Part shown: positions 17,043 through 25,501 of the stretch, in pieces
How the letters are laid out: each line of letters begins with the position of its first letter
How positions within the stretch are numbered: position 1 is the stretch's first letter
Assembly (NCBI GenBank): GCA_017601225.1
Contig: JAFNIX010000004.1
Location: 4,507 to 68,506 of the forward strand
Length of the DNA: 64,000 bases
Reading direction: 5' to 3'
DNA from: Candidatus Brockarchaeota archaeon
GTDB lineage: Archaea > Thermoproteota > EX4484-205 > JAAOZP01
Made by a program: the position numbers and the translations under genes
The notes under the pieces: model-generated
What the model was told of the DNA's origin: nothing
Database searches by the model: none
What the model saw: the letters and a program-made list of their open reading frames with translations, nothing else

Positions 17043-20000
17043 GGTTCCCAGCCTCCTTAAATTTCTCCAGCATTTCCCGTGCTTTCTCAATCGCTTCAAG
17101 CTTATCTGCCGCTGGAAGGGTCCTCCAAATGAGTAGTTGTTTGCGAAGACTGTCTACAAACCTGTATCCTGCTTTCTGCCACATGTAAAGCGTGCCGGAT
17201 TTTCTATTTAGACGGAGAGCGTATTTGAAATTGGTTTCGCCAGCATCTTTGCGAATCAGTATTTCGGCCCTCTGAGAGATGCCCATGTCGAAAGGAGGCA
17301 GAGTAGTATCAACGATTATGATCTTCTCAACAGCCCCGTCTTCAACTCTTTCAGACAATGCGAGATTGTCCGTTCTAAAGGTGCCTACCTCCGCCGTTGT
17401 GAAAGCCTTGAAAAATTCAACTAAAAACATTATTATTCCGTCGGTTTCCCCGATCGAGGAGGTGAAGGGTAAAGGTATGTCCCAGACATCGCCCTGAGGC
17501 TTGGTTTTAAGCTTCCAAACCCTCTCCACCGAGGGTGTGACCAGCCTTGAAGCCTTCAGAACAGGATAGATGGAGGACGCTATCGTGGTTAATATCGATA
17601 TTGAGACTGTTAAAATTACGATTGTTGAGGAGAAGTTAGGGTAAAAGTCTTTCGGCATCAATTGAAACATGTAGAGGAGGTTGGTTCCCACAAGCCCTGC
17701 AACGTATCCTAGGACTGCAGCAACAACGGAGTATACTAGCGTTTCCGACAGAAAGAGACCGGCAACATGCAGGGGTGAGAGCCCCAGTGAGCTGAAAATA
17801 CCGATCTCTCTAACCCGTTCATAAACGTTGGCCAGCATCGCGTCCAAGATTGCTAGAGCAGCAATAATAATTGGGAAAACAAGGTGCTCAATCCCCCTGA
17901 GGGAGAACCATGCTTGCTGCTGGAAATTGGCCCTTTGACCCCCGGCGCTCGCGTAAACGACAAACGGCAACCTGTTAGACAGGCTTTGGGCAATTTCGAA
18001 AACCCGGCTTTGATTACGGAATTTAGCGACTATCTGCATTGGGGGATAGCCTAATCTTTCTGCCAGCGAGTATGGAACTATAAGTACTAATTGAGCGGGA
18101 ATATGCTGGATGCCGCCCGCCCATTGGACCCCCCAGTTGATAGGCGTCACCTCGTGCAGATTTAAATCAACCAGGCTGTTAAGAGTGGAAGAATCGAAGA
18201 TTCCGATGATAGTCAGATTGGCTTCACCGACATAAATTGTGTCGCCTATCCTCCAGCCGCAGGTGTCCGCAGCTTCCCTCGGTATTATGGCCGTGTAAGA
18301 ACTTAATAGCTGGGAGCAATTCGGAAGAGTAATGCCCTGCTCAAAGATAGGGTCTTCCGGCACAACTGCCAGCAAAGCCGAGAAGACGTATTGTGTTCTA
18401 GGCAGGTTATCCGTGATCCTAGTTACCCTTATCTTCGTCCCCGGAACCTGGCCTCCCAAGACCGACACGTAGCCGCTGGAAGTATAGATCCAGCTTCTTG
18501 GGCATATGACAGCTTCGTCCCCGATCTCCACTTTAAGAAAAGCCTCCAGATAAGATGGCAGGTACCTGAATTCACTTATCAGGATTCCGTCATAATAGGT
18601 TTTCCCGGGTTTCGGAATGGTTCTGACTATTGATATCAAGTATATGGATGTTAATGAAATAAGGGAGAACACTATCAATGTGATTGTTACAAGTGTAAGA
18701 GCAGTCCGCAGCCTTCTCTTCCGCATATTAGATACGCCCATTGAGAAAGCGATTAGAATCGCGCCAAACCGGCTTATCTCGGCGAAATGTTTGCCGATTA
18801 CCTCTTCTCTAAACGCCCTTATAAAGCCGGATATTCTGCCCCACAGTATTCCTACAATGGGGGTGACGAAAACTAGGATCGCTATGCCAACCAGCATTAT
18901 ATAGATGTTTGTTGCTAAGTGAAAACCAGGATGAAACCAGTAGAGTAGAAATGTGAAAAGCGCGAAGACTCCGCATGCATACAATATTCTCCGCATGCCG
19001 CTTCTCGGTGAAAACACGAGTTCGACAAGGAGTATTGAAAATGGAACTAAAAGTATGAAAAAGAAGAGGGTTGATGAAATTATTTCGAAAATTAGGCCCC
19101 TTGTAAACGTGTAAGCGTTTATCTCGCTCTGCCAAGCAGCGTAAGTAGCGTAGACCATGCGAGAATAGTTAAACCCGGCTTCTGCCGAGAAACATCTTAA
19201 AGCCTCGCTTAACAGATTGCCCGTATTTTTTGAGAACTCTAAAGCAGGAGCACTCGCAGCCAAGTAGCTTGAAGCCAAATGAAGCCTATACTTGTTCAAA
19301 AGATGAAAATCATTAACAAGCCTTAGAGGCGTGGCTAGGATAATTAATGTCTCACCCTGTTTCACCGAGAATCCTCTTCCTTCAAGAGTTTCTTCAGTGA
19401 TACTTTTTAAAACTCCTTGGGGGGAGGGAATTCCCGGACTGTAGATAATAACCTCAATAGGCACGTCTTCAGGTGCAAATATCATTGTTATGTCCTCGCC
19501 CTCAATGAAGCTGTCGCGAACATAGCCGTAGGACGTAGGTGGAGTATGACCGCGTGAATCCAGAATAGAAATGCTCCCGAGCATATTCACGGGTGGAATA
19601 AGGTTGAACAAGACTATTGAGCCACAGGGGAAGACTGGAAAATAGCGAGGTGCATCCGGGGTCCCGATACGCCCGCTGTCAACCTGGAATGAAATAGGGT
19701 ATACGTCGGATCTTTGCTGCCACAGCTCAGGAGCATATATAACGTTTCCATTCTTGTTGAAGACGAATGCCTCAACCATGACTTTTGGAACCGCGACCTC
19801 AGCAACACCCACGCCCAGCTGCTGCGCACCCGTATAGGTTGTCTCCGAAGGCAGCCCGTGAACCATAAAAACACCGTTCTCATCCGTTTTACACAAAGAG
19901 TAGAAATGTGGAGTATACCCGCTTTCAGTATAAGACAGGCGGACTGAAACCAGCGCGTGAGGCACTCCCTCAAACCATCCCTTCGCATAATCGTATGTAA

Positions 20001-21597
20001 CAATTTTCCCAGTTAAAGTAACGAAGCCGCCTGCGTTCGGCTGTAAAGCGTACCTCGTTGGTCCAATACCCCTGCTTCCGAAGTCAGGACCGTTTATCAG
20101 GCTTGACGCTAAGGCCGCTGCAAACATAACCTGTTTCTTAGTGTTTTCGAACCTTCTCTGAGAGCCGAGACTATTCTCATAGATGTCTGAAGGCGTGGAG
20201 CAGAAGGCTCTGAAAGAATTAGCGGTAGCTACTGTTATTCCAACCCCGCCCGCTAAAACATACGGTTCATGGTCGAAAGCCAGGTTAGTCGGCAAGTATA
20301 CTCTCCATTCTCTTACGCGTAAACCGTCTTCAACATTTATATCGAGGCCCAGATTCTGCAGAATGTTCTTAACCTCAGACTGCGACCCGAATAATCTATC
20401 ACGTAGCCAAGTATACCTTAGGAGAGAGGCCTCGAAGTAATAGTTGTACCCGCAGAAGAATAACCCTAGATCGCTCACGTCGGAAGCCAGGTCGAAGTTT
20501 ACCCATATGCTGATCTTATTGCCTATTTCCTCGAAGTGCTGCTCTACAAACTCTCTGGAGCCCTTTAACCCTCCGTAGTGAGAACCTATAGCGAGAAACC
20601 ATATGGTTCTCTCAGGAGGATTATCCTTAAACCAGGAAGCCAGCTCCATGATCATCGCAATGCCTATAGCCTCATCTGCTCCAGGAGCCACTCCAACTAT
20701 GTATGATTGCGAATCATAGTATGCACTTAAAATCACAATCTCTTCTCTCCTTCCGGGTATTACACCTAGAATATTCCAAGCCGGCTTTTCCTCCCAGGAA
20801 GCATTCAGCATAATTCTTACTTTAACCTCGCCTATTGTCTGAAGAGCAATCAGATTCTCCGCATCTCTTCTTGAAACCACGAGCCTAGGAATATTTAACG
20901 GGACGCCTAGGTAGTTGACTCCCCCTCTGAAAGCTAATCGTGGAGCATCCGGAAGCCTACCGTTTAAAGAACTTTGAACGTTATTGTAGATTTCCGGCTC
21001 AATAAATAGTACGGCTTTAGCGCCAAACATCACTGTGCGAATCCAGTTCCCGCTGTTTTCATAGTCCACAAGCACTATCTTATCATTAAGGTTCTTTCCT
21101 TCAAGCTCCGACAGGGATGCTTTCCCAACGTAGACTAGCCTCCCCTCAATACCCTCGGGAGGAGTCATACCCGGATTTAGACCCATCGGGTACATTGTTA
21201 AAACATTGTCAAGGGTAAACTGGATTGGAGATAATACTTGAACCCTTGACTCATGAACTACTGGGACGAGGACCGTGAAGTTTTCAAAATAACCGTAAGG
21301 ACCTGGTTTAAGACCATTTTTCACGAAGTTTTCATAGATGTATTTCGCTGCAGCTTCATAGCCAGGGTAGCCGGGGGTCCTGCATCTAAGGCTAGACAGA
21401 TACTTAACGTGCTCGCGAATCGCATCTGTGTTTATGATGTTTGCGATCTCGCTATTTTTAAAGGGCTGCAGCCCGTCTGCCTCAACTTGATAGGCAATGT
21501 TTAAAACGATTGTTGAACATAAGAGGAATATAATAGACAGGGGAATAAGTCTTCTCCTCAATACTGTTCGAAGCAGGACTCTTCCCCCTAGAGACAT
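17035..21597 (-). CDS. Module protein C1: signal-anchor + PA/M28-like (transferrin-receptor/GCPII-like) ectodomain + CarboxypepD_reg-like segment + 3 TM + MacB/FtsX-type permease + novel cytoplasmic tail
   Basis: 1520 aa. M28-like blocks: WNILGVIPG..VILSAYYDS..APGADEAIG..GSHYGGLKGSREF..VNFDL. PA-like block: GRLVYVGKA..DKIVLVDYENSG..GAKAVLFIE. FtsX TM1 block: NMRKRRLRTALTLVTITLIV. FtsX domain block: NVYERVREIGIFSSLGLSPLHVAGLFLSETLVY. There is no Walker A motif anywhere in the protein. Confidence 0.7.
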   Translation of the reverse strand: MSLGGRVLLRTVLRRRLIPLSIIFLLCSTIVLNIAYQVEADGLQPFKNSEIANIINTDAIREHVKYLSSLRCRTPGYPGYEAAAKYIYENFVKNGLKPGPYGYFENFTVLVPVVHESRVQVLSPIQFTLDNVLTMYPMGLNPGMTPPEGIEGRLVYVGKASLSELEGKNLNDKIVLVDYENSGNWIRTVMFGAKAVLFIEPEIYNNVQSSLNGRLPDAPRLAFRGGVNYLGVPLNIPRLVVSRRDAENLIALQTIGEVKVRIMLNASWEEKPAWNILGVIPGRREEIVILSAYYDSQSYIVGVAPGADEAIGIAMIMELASWFKDNPPERTIWFLAIGSHYGGLKGSREFVEQHFEEIGNKISIWVNFDLASDVSDLGLFFCGYNYYFEASLLRYTWLRDRLFGSQSEVKNILQNLGLDINVEDGLRVREWRVYLPTNLAFDHEPYVLAGGVGITVATANSFRAFCSTPSDIYENSLGSQRRFENTKKQVMFAAALASSLINGPDFGSRGIGPTRYALQPNAGGFVTLTGKIVTYDYAKGWFEGVPHALVSVRLSYTESGYTPHFYSLCKTDENGVFMVHGLPSETTYTGAQQLGVGVAEVAVPKVMVEAFVFNKNGNVIYAPELWQQRSDVYPISFQVDSGRIGTPDAPRYFPVFPCGSIVLFNLIPPVNMLGSISILDSRGHTPPTSYGYVRDSFIEGEDITMIFAPEDVPIEVIIYSPGIPSPQGVLKSITEETLEGRGFSVKQGETLIILATPLRLVNDFHLLNKYRLHLASSYLAASAPALEFSKNTGNLLSEALRCFSAEAGFNYSRMVYATYAAWQSEINAYTFTRGLIFEIISSTLFFFILLVPFSILLVELVFSPRSGMRRILYACGVFALFTFLLYWFHPGFHLATNIYIMLVGIAILVFVTPIVGILWGRISGFIRAFREEVIGKHFAEISRFGAILIAFSMGVSNMRKRRLRTALTLVTITLIVFSLISLTSIYLISIVRTIPKPGKTYYDGILISEFRYLPSYLEAFLKVEIGDEAVICPRSWIYTSSGYVSVLGGQVPGTKIRVTRITDNLPRTQYVFSALLAVVPEDPIFEQGITLPNCSQLLSSYTAIIPREAADTCGWRIGDTIYVGEANLTIIGIFDSSTLNSLVDLNLHEVTPINWGVQWAGGIQHIPAQLVLIVPYSLAERLGYPPMQIVAKFRNQSRVFEIAQSLSNRLPFVVYASAGGQRANFQQQAWFSLRGIEHLVFPIIIAALAILDAMLANVYERVREIGIFSSLGLSPLHVAGLFLSETLVYSVVAAVLGYVAGLVGTNLLYMFQLMPKDFYPNFSSTIVILTVSISILTTIASSIYPVLKASRLVTPSVERVWKLKTKPQGDVWDIPLPFTSSIGETDGIIMFLVEFFKAFTTAEVGTFRTDNLALSERVEDGAVEKIIIVDTTLPPFDMGISQRAEILIRKDAGETNFKYALRLNRKSGTLYMWQKAGYRFVDSLRKQLLIWRTLPAADKLEAIEKAREMLEKFKEAGNHE

Positions 21598-21625
21598 TCC
21601 CTAATCACCTTCATGCTCAACCCTG

Positions 21626-21640
21626 TTTAAAAATGTAAAT
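21626..21640 (-). promoter_or_regulatory. Shared 15-nt promoter motif ATTTACATTTTTAAA (minus strand) upstream of C1
   Basis: The plus strand reads TTTAAAAATGTAAAT. On the minus strand the TATA-like TTTTTAAA lies 29-36 nt upstream of the C1 ATG (21597). The identical 15-mer recurs at 23788-23802. Confidence 0.45.
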
Positions 21641-21642
21641 AG

Positions 21643-21649
21643 AAAAAAA
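21643..21649 (-). terminator. T7 tract downstream of B1 (possible archaeal oligo-T terminator)
   Basis: AAAAAAA on the plus strand gives TTTTTTT on the coding strand, 9 nt after the B1 stop codon. It lies immediately before the promoter-like motif of C1. Confidence 0.3.
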
Positions 21650-21657
21650 GGAAGTGA

Positions 21658-23742
21658 TCAACCTGGAACAGCAGGAGTCCATTCTATCCCTGCTTGTGCA
21701 ACCGGCAGGAATATGTCGGTAACTATTGACACTATGAATGCACCTAGGAATATTCCTATCGCTAGCGGGACGCCTTGTTCCTCATAGAGTTTTGAGCCGC
21801 CTATTCTAAACGTTAGAAACTTCAAAACCCATGCTACGAGAAGATAGCCCCAAAGCCAGTGTGCGGGCTGACATAAGCCTATGACAAGACCCACCGGATT
21901 CAATGGAAACCTGGCGAATGCAACCCTAGCCCAAAGAAGAACTCCGGCGAGGAAGAAGCCCGCAGCCCAGTTTGCCAGCTCAAGACCTAGCAGGTCCTTG
22001 TTCCAGTTAAACCAGGAACAGCCCTGAGCTTGGTTGAAAGCAGCGTTAAAAATGGCTTCTTGACTCCACCATGCAGGACTGACCCACTGGCTGTACAGGG
22101 TGCCACCGTATCCGAAGCCCTTGTCGATCCCAATCATGTATGTAAAGACCAGCCAAAGCGGGAGACATATGAGGACGGCGAGGACCATGGCCACAATGGT
22201 TGAAATCGCCATAGCCCTATTATTGGTTTTAGTTAGAGTCGCCAATTTGAAGGCTTCGAGCTGAGCGCTCTGAGGCGTGCCTGCTCCACCCCAGTACCAA
22301 GTGTAATGCCCAGTCACCACGTAACCCATGTTCCAAGCCGTGTAGGCACCTGGCCCGTATGCGGCTTGAGACGCTGCCGAGGCTTGGGGCCCGACAAGCG
22401 AGTATAGCCCTGCCTGAGACAATAGCGTAGCTAAAACCTCCTGGGACTCCCAAGGTATGTCTCCCTTCGCTATGCTTTCACCCCTGATTCTTGATGTCGC
22501 CACATACTGGAGACACGTATATACTACGATTATGCCGGCCGCCCAGACTGGAATATAGACAACCACCATAAGCACAATGAGCAGCACTGTTGAAATTATG
22601 AAGGCAAGCCACAGAGTTCTATATGAGAAAGGCTCGTTAGACTCATCAAGCACCTTCTTGCCAAACGCGTTCTTAAGCGTAGAAACAATGTATTTCCTCG
22701 CGTAGACAAGAAGCCAGAGGCCTAAGCCAATCATTGCACCCCATCCGATCATCCCACCGGATATGGGAGCTATCGCACATGACGCCATGTTGTGCCACGC
22801 GCCTCCGGAGCTTCCCCAAGGTGCTTGCAGCGTTGCGTACCCAGCCCAAGCGGAAACCGCCGGAATAATATCGGCAAATATAAACCAGGCGACGACTGCA
22901 GTGAATAGAACGTCAAGTGGCGCGAGATACCATAAGCTTAGCTGAGACGGGGATACGCTGAAGAACCAGCTTGAATTCGGCAGCGCGACCTCCAGTGCTT
23001 CGATGTGGTAGGTCTGCCACAGGTTCCATCCTCTTCCGGGTGCAAGAGCATCTATAAGGTTACCAAGCATCAGTAAAAATCCCACCAGCAGACCTATCAG
23101 AATCTTTTTAACGCGGGGTTTCTGGGTTACGCCCATGCCTAGGTTTATCAGCTCATTAGTAATGTTCAAGTATGGGAACGGTAGCTTCTCAATGTCTATC
23201 CACAGTTTCCGAAGTATCATCCCCATCGAAAGCATGAAAACCAATAGAACTATAGTGAAGATCATCCAGAATCCTAACGCCGGAGCCCATGCTGCCCAGG
23301 GAACAGAAGTTCCCCCGGTGAAAGCAGCTAAAGCAGCCTCCATGTCTTTTACTCCGAAGAGCGGGCTCATCTCTAATGCTCCAGGTATTGTGGACACCCA
23401 GTATCCCATCCACCACCATTGTTTTTCCCAGGCCGTGTTGAAAATCGATATTGAAAACGGTACTGCCACAGACCATGCGAAGCCAAGACTTACCGTCACC
23501 ATGGCGAAAACGATGGCGTATTCGTCTGCCCTGAGCCTCAGGGAACTGAGAAAGTAGCCAAGTATTGCCAGCACAAAAAGTACTAGGAATGCTCCCGCGT
23601 TCATGCCCCACAGTGTCAGATTAACGTTTGTCCAGTCTATTGATAGCTGTATCAGCATCATCACTATGGAGATGACTAGGCCGACTATGAATCCTCTAGA
23701 CTTTAAAAATTCGCTGAGGAGGAATTCTTTTTCCTCACTCAT
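21658..23742 (-). CDS. Module protein B1: large polytopic membrane protein, distant relative of A1
   Basis: 694 aa and hydrophobic throughout. It carries the motif LWIDIEKLPFPYLNITNEL. It aligns along its full length with the 660 aa ORF at 59773..61755, for example at LAPLDVLFTAVVAWFIF versus LAPLDILSSIVIWLFIF. Confidence 0.6.
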   Translation of the reverse strand: MSEEKEFLLSEFLKSRGFIVGLVISIVMMLIQLSIDWTNVNLTLWGMNAGAFLVLFVLAILGYFLSSLRLRADEYAIVFAMVTVSLGFAWSVAVPFSISIFNTAWEKQWWWMGYWVSTIPGALEMSPLFGVKDMEAALAAFTGGTSVPWAAWAPALGFWMIFTIVLLVFMLSMGMILRKLWIDIEKLPFPYLNITNELINLGMGVTQKPRVKKILIGLLVGFLLMLGNLIDALAPGRGWNLWQTYHIEALEVALPNSSWFFSVSPSQLSLWYLAPLDVLFTAVVAWFIFADIIPAVSAWAGYATLQAPWGSSGGAWHNMASCAIAPISGGMIGWGAMIGLGLWLLVYARKYIVSTLKNAFGKKVLDESNEPFSYRTLWLAFIISTVLLIVLMVVVYIPVWAAGIIVVYTCLQYVATSRIRGESIAKGDIPWESQEVLATLLSQAGLYSLVGPQASAASQAAYGPGAYTAWNMGYVVTGHYTWYWGGAGTPQSAQLEAFKLATLTKTNNRAMAISTIVAMVLAVLICLPLWLVFTYMIGIDKGFGYGGTLYSQWVSPAWWSQEAIFNAAFNQAQGCSWFNWNKDLLGLELANWAAGFFLAGVLLWARVAFARFPLNPVGLVIGLCQPAHWLWGYLLVAWVLKFLTFRIGGSKLYEEQGVPLAIGIFLGAFIVSIVTDIFLPVAQAGIEWTPAVPG

Positions 23743-23787
23743 GTCTTATCACGGTTTTTATATGCGAAAAACTTCTATTTAAGTTTT

Positions 23788-23802
23788 TTTAAAAATGTAA
23801 AT
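23788..23802 (-). promoter_or_regulatory. Shared 15-nt promoter motif ATTTACATTTTTAAA (minus strand) upstream of B1
   Basis: This 15-mer is identical to the one at 21626-21640. The TATA-like part lies 46-53 nt upstream of the B1 ATG (23742). Confidence 0.45.
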
Positions 23803-23849
23803 GTGTTTAGCATTTGCAGCTGCAATTTTACCACAACGCCCTTTCACAA

Positions 23850-25496
23850 CTACTTTTTTCTAAGGAGAAGAAGTACTGCTATTAAAAACTCTAGGATCGA
23901 AGTTGCTACTAAACCGACCATGCCTAGGACAAAAGAAGCAGTTAGAAGCAGAGCCATGTAGTAAACTAGAATCGGAATCATTGCAACTATGTAGCCGAGT
24001 ATCCAAGGGAGAATATAGTAGTAGAATTTTAGATACAGGTTTCCAGATGGGATTGTTTGCCCAAATGTTCTTGAGAGAAGAACTATTTCAAATATTATTG
24101 ATGCCACGACGGAGAACGTGAAAACACCTCCGAAAAGCGCGAACACAGAGACGAAGCCCGGTGCTCTCAGCATGGTTATCACCAAGAGTACGAGGAGTGA
24201 AGCCAAATACACGGTTAACGATAGGATTGTTTTAGCAAGAATCAGCGTCCTTCTTCCCAGAGGCAGGCTTCCGACGTAAGAATAGGCTATGCTCTCGGTG
24301 TTTAAAAGCGCAGGGGGAAGTATCAACACCATAAGTAAAGAAATCATGAACAGTGGCAGGAACATGGGGGGCAGAAACTCGGCTGAAGCACCGCCCGCAT
24401 CAGGGTGGAAGGAGGTGAAGCTGAAAATTATGATTTGTATAACCGGCATTGCAAGTATGCTGAAGTAGGAAGGAGACCTTGAGGCAATCCTGAGATCCTT
24501 CTTAAGAACCCCCAGCCACGGTGGCCCAGGGTTTATGGAAATTTCCTTAACCTCCACCCTGCTGCCTGCGGCAACGCTTCCAAAGCCTATTCCAACCACC
24601 CTCTTAACAAGCCACTTGAAGGAATATGCTGCCAGGGCTAAGTAGAGGAGTGAGGAGCCCACGGATAAGGCCGCAATCCTAGGGTCATAGGTTTTGAAGA
24701 AGGTGGCTAATGAAGCCAAGAAACCCATTGAAAATGGGTATAGCAATGTAAGCAGGTATGAGAGACTTTGAGTAAGGGTTTTCATGAGGCTAACCATTTG
24801 CATCGCAAAGCTCGTAACCGCGTACATGAGGAACATTGGAATAATCCAGACCAGCATGTAGAAGAGCCTCAGGAGTGTTTTCAGTGATGACCTTCCGCCA
24901 CCCTTAACCACTTTAGAATAGAAAGAGAAGGATAGGAATACGGCTATTGCTAATGCGAAAACTTCTGTGATTACAACGCTCAAAAGGACAGTTAAAGCAC
25001 CCGGGATAGAGCCGTATGAGATCCCGTACGCCATTGGAATTATTAAGATTGCTGCTACTAATGGAACGTCGAAGATTCGTATGAAACACATAAGGAGAAT
25101 TTTTGAAACATCCTTGCTTGAAACCGGGAGTGGAGTCAGAAACTCTGAAACCCTGGAGGAGACGAAGGATGTCGCAACCTGCAGCCCCATGAAAACCATC
25201 ATGAACAGGACAATGCTGAGCATGGATGAAACGCCGCACGCAGCAGCCAGCTCCCTATCCATCTCGAGCAGAACGCCTGAGAAGAAGGTAAAACCCCCGA
25301 ATACGCCGATGAAAATAGCGAATATAACTTTGTTAAGCATAAAATTCCACTCCGCGCTCCTGACGAGTTGAACGATGTTTTTCTCAGCGTCACCTGCTTG
25401 AGGCAGGGTTCCGCCCACGCGGAGTGAGAAGAACGATTGGAAAACAATCTCCCTGTAAACCTTTTTCGACAGCCACCAGAGTTCAGAAACGTTCAT
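23850..25496 (-). CDS. Polytopic membrane protein, probable ABC-2-type permease partner of the upstream ATPase
   Basis: 548 aa with about 12 hydrophobic segments. It starts 5 nt after the stop of the ABC ATPase gene on the same strand. I recognise no catalytic motifs. Confidence 0.5.
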   Translation of the reverse strand: MNVSELWWLSKKVYREIVFQSFFSLRVGGTLPQAGDAEKNIVQLVRSAEWNFMLNKVIFAIFIGVFGGFTFFSGVLLEMDRELAAACGVSSMLSIVLFMMVFMGLQVATSFVSSRVSEFLTPLPVSSKDVSKILLMCFIRIFDVPLVAAILIIPMAYGISYGSIPGALTVLLSVVITEVFALAIAVFLSFSFYSKVVKGGGRSSLKTLLRLFYMLVWIIPMFLMYAVTSFAMQMVSLMKTLTQSLSYLLTLLYPFSMGFLASLATFFKTYDPRIAALSVGSSLLYLALAAYSFKWLVKRVVGIGFGSVAAGSRVEVKEISINPGPPWLGVLKKDLRIASRSPSYFSILAMPVIQIIIFSFTSFHPDAGGASAEFLPPMFLPLFMISLLMVLILPPALLNTESIAYSYVGSLPLGRRTLILAKTILSLTVYLASLLVLLVITMLRAPGFVSVFALFGGVFTFSVVASIIFEIVLLSRTFGQTIPSGNLYLKFYYYILPWILGYIVAMIPILVYYMALLLTASFVLGMVGLVATSILEFLIAVLLLLRKK

Positions 25497-25501
25497 TAAC
25501 C

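Noticed and set aside
17043-17099. 19-codon N-terminal extension of A1 (MKRLRKHGKCWRNLRRLGT) that overlaps C1 by 65 nt.
   Set aside because: The internal ATG at 17042 gives the classic ATGAnTAG stop/start overlap, mirroring the TAATG junction of the paralogous C2/A2 pair. The extension is highly basic and is absent from A2.
23135-23611. Two 140 aa ORFs, one per strand, overlapping the B1 membrane-protein gene.
   Set aside because: B1 has a full-length paralog (B2), which supports its frame. The overlapping ORFs have no paralog in the B2 locus and have shadow-frame composition.
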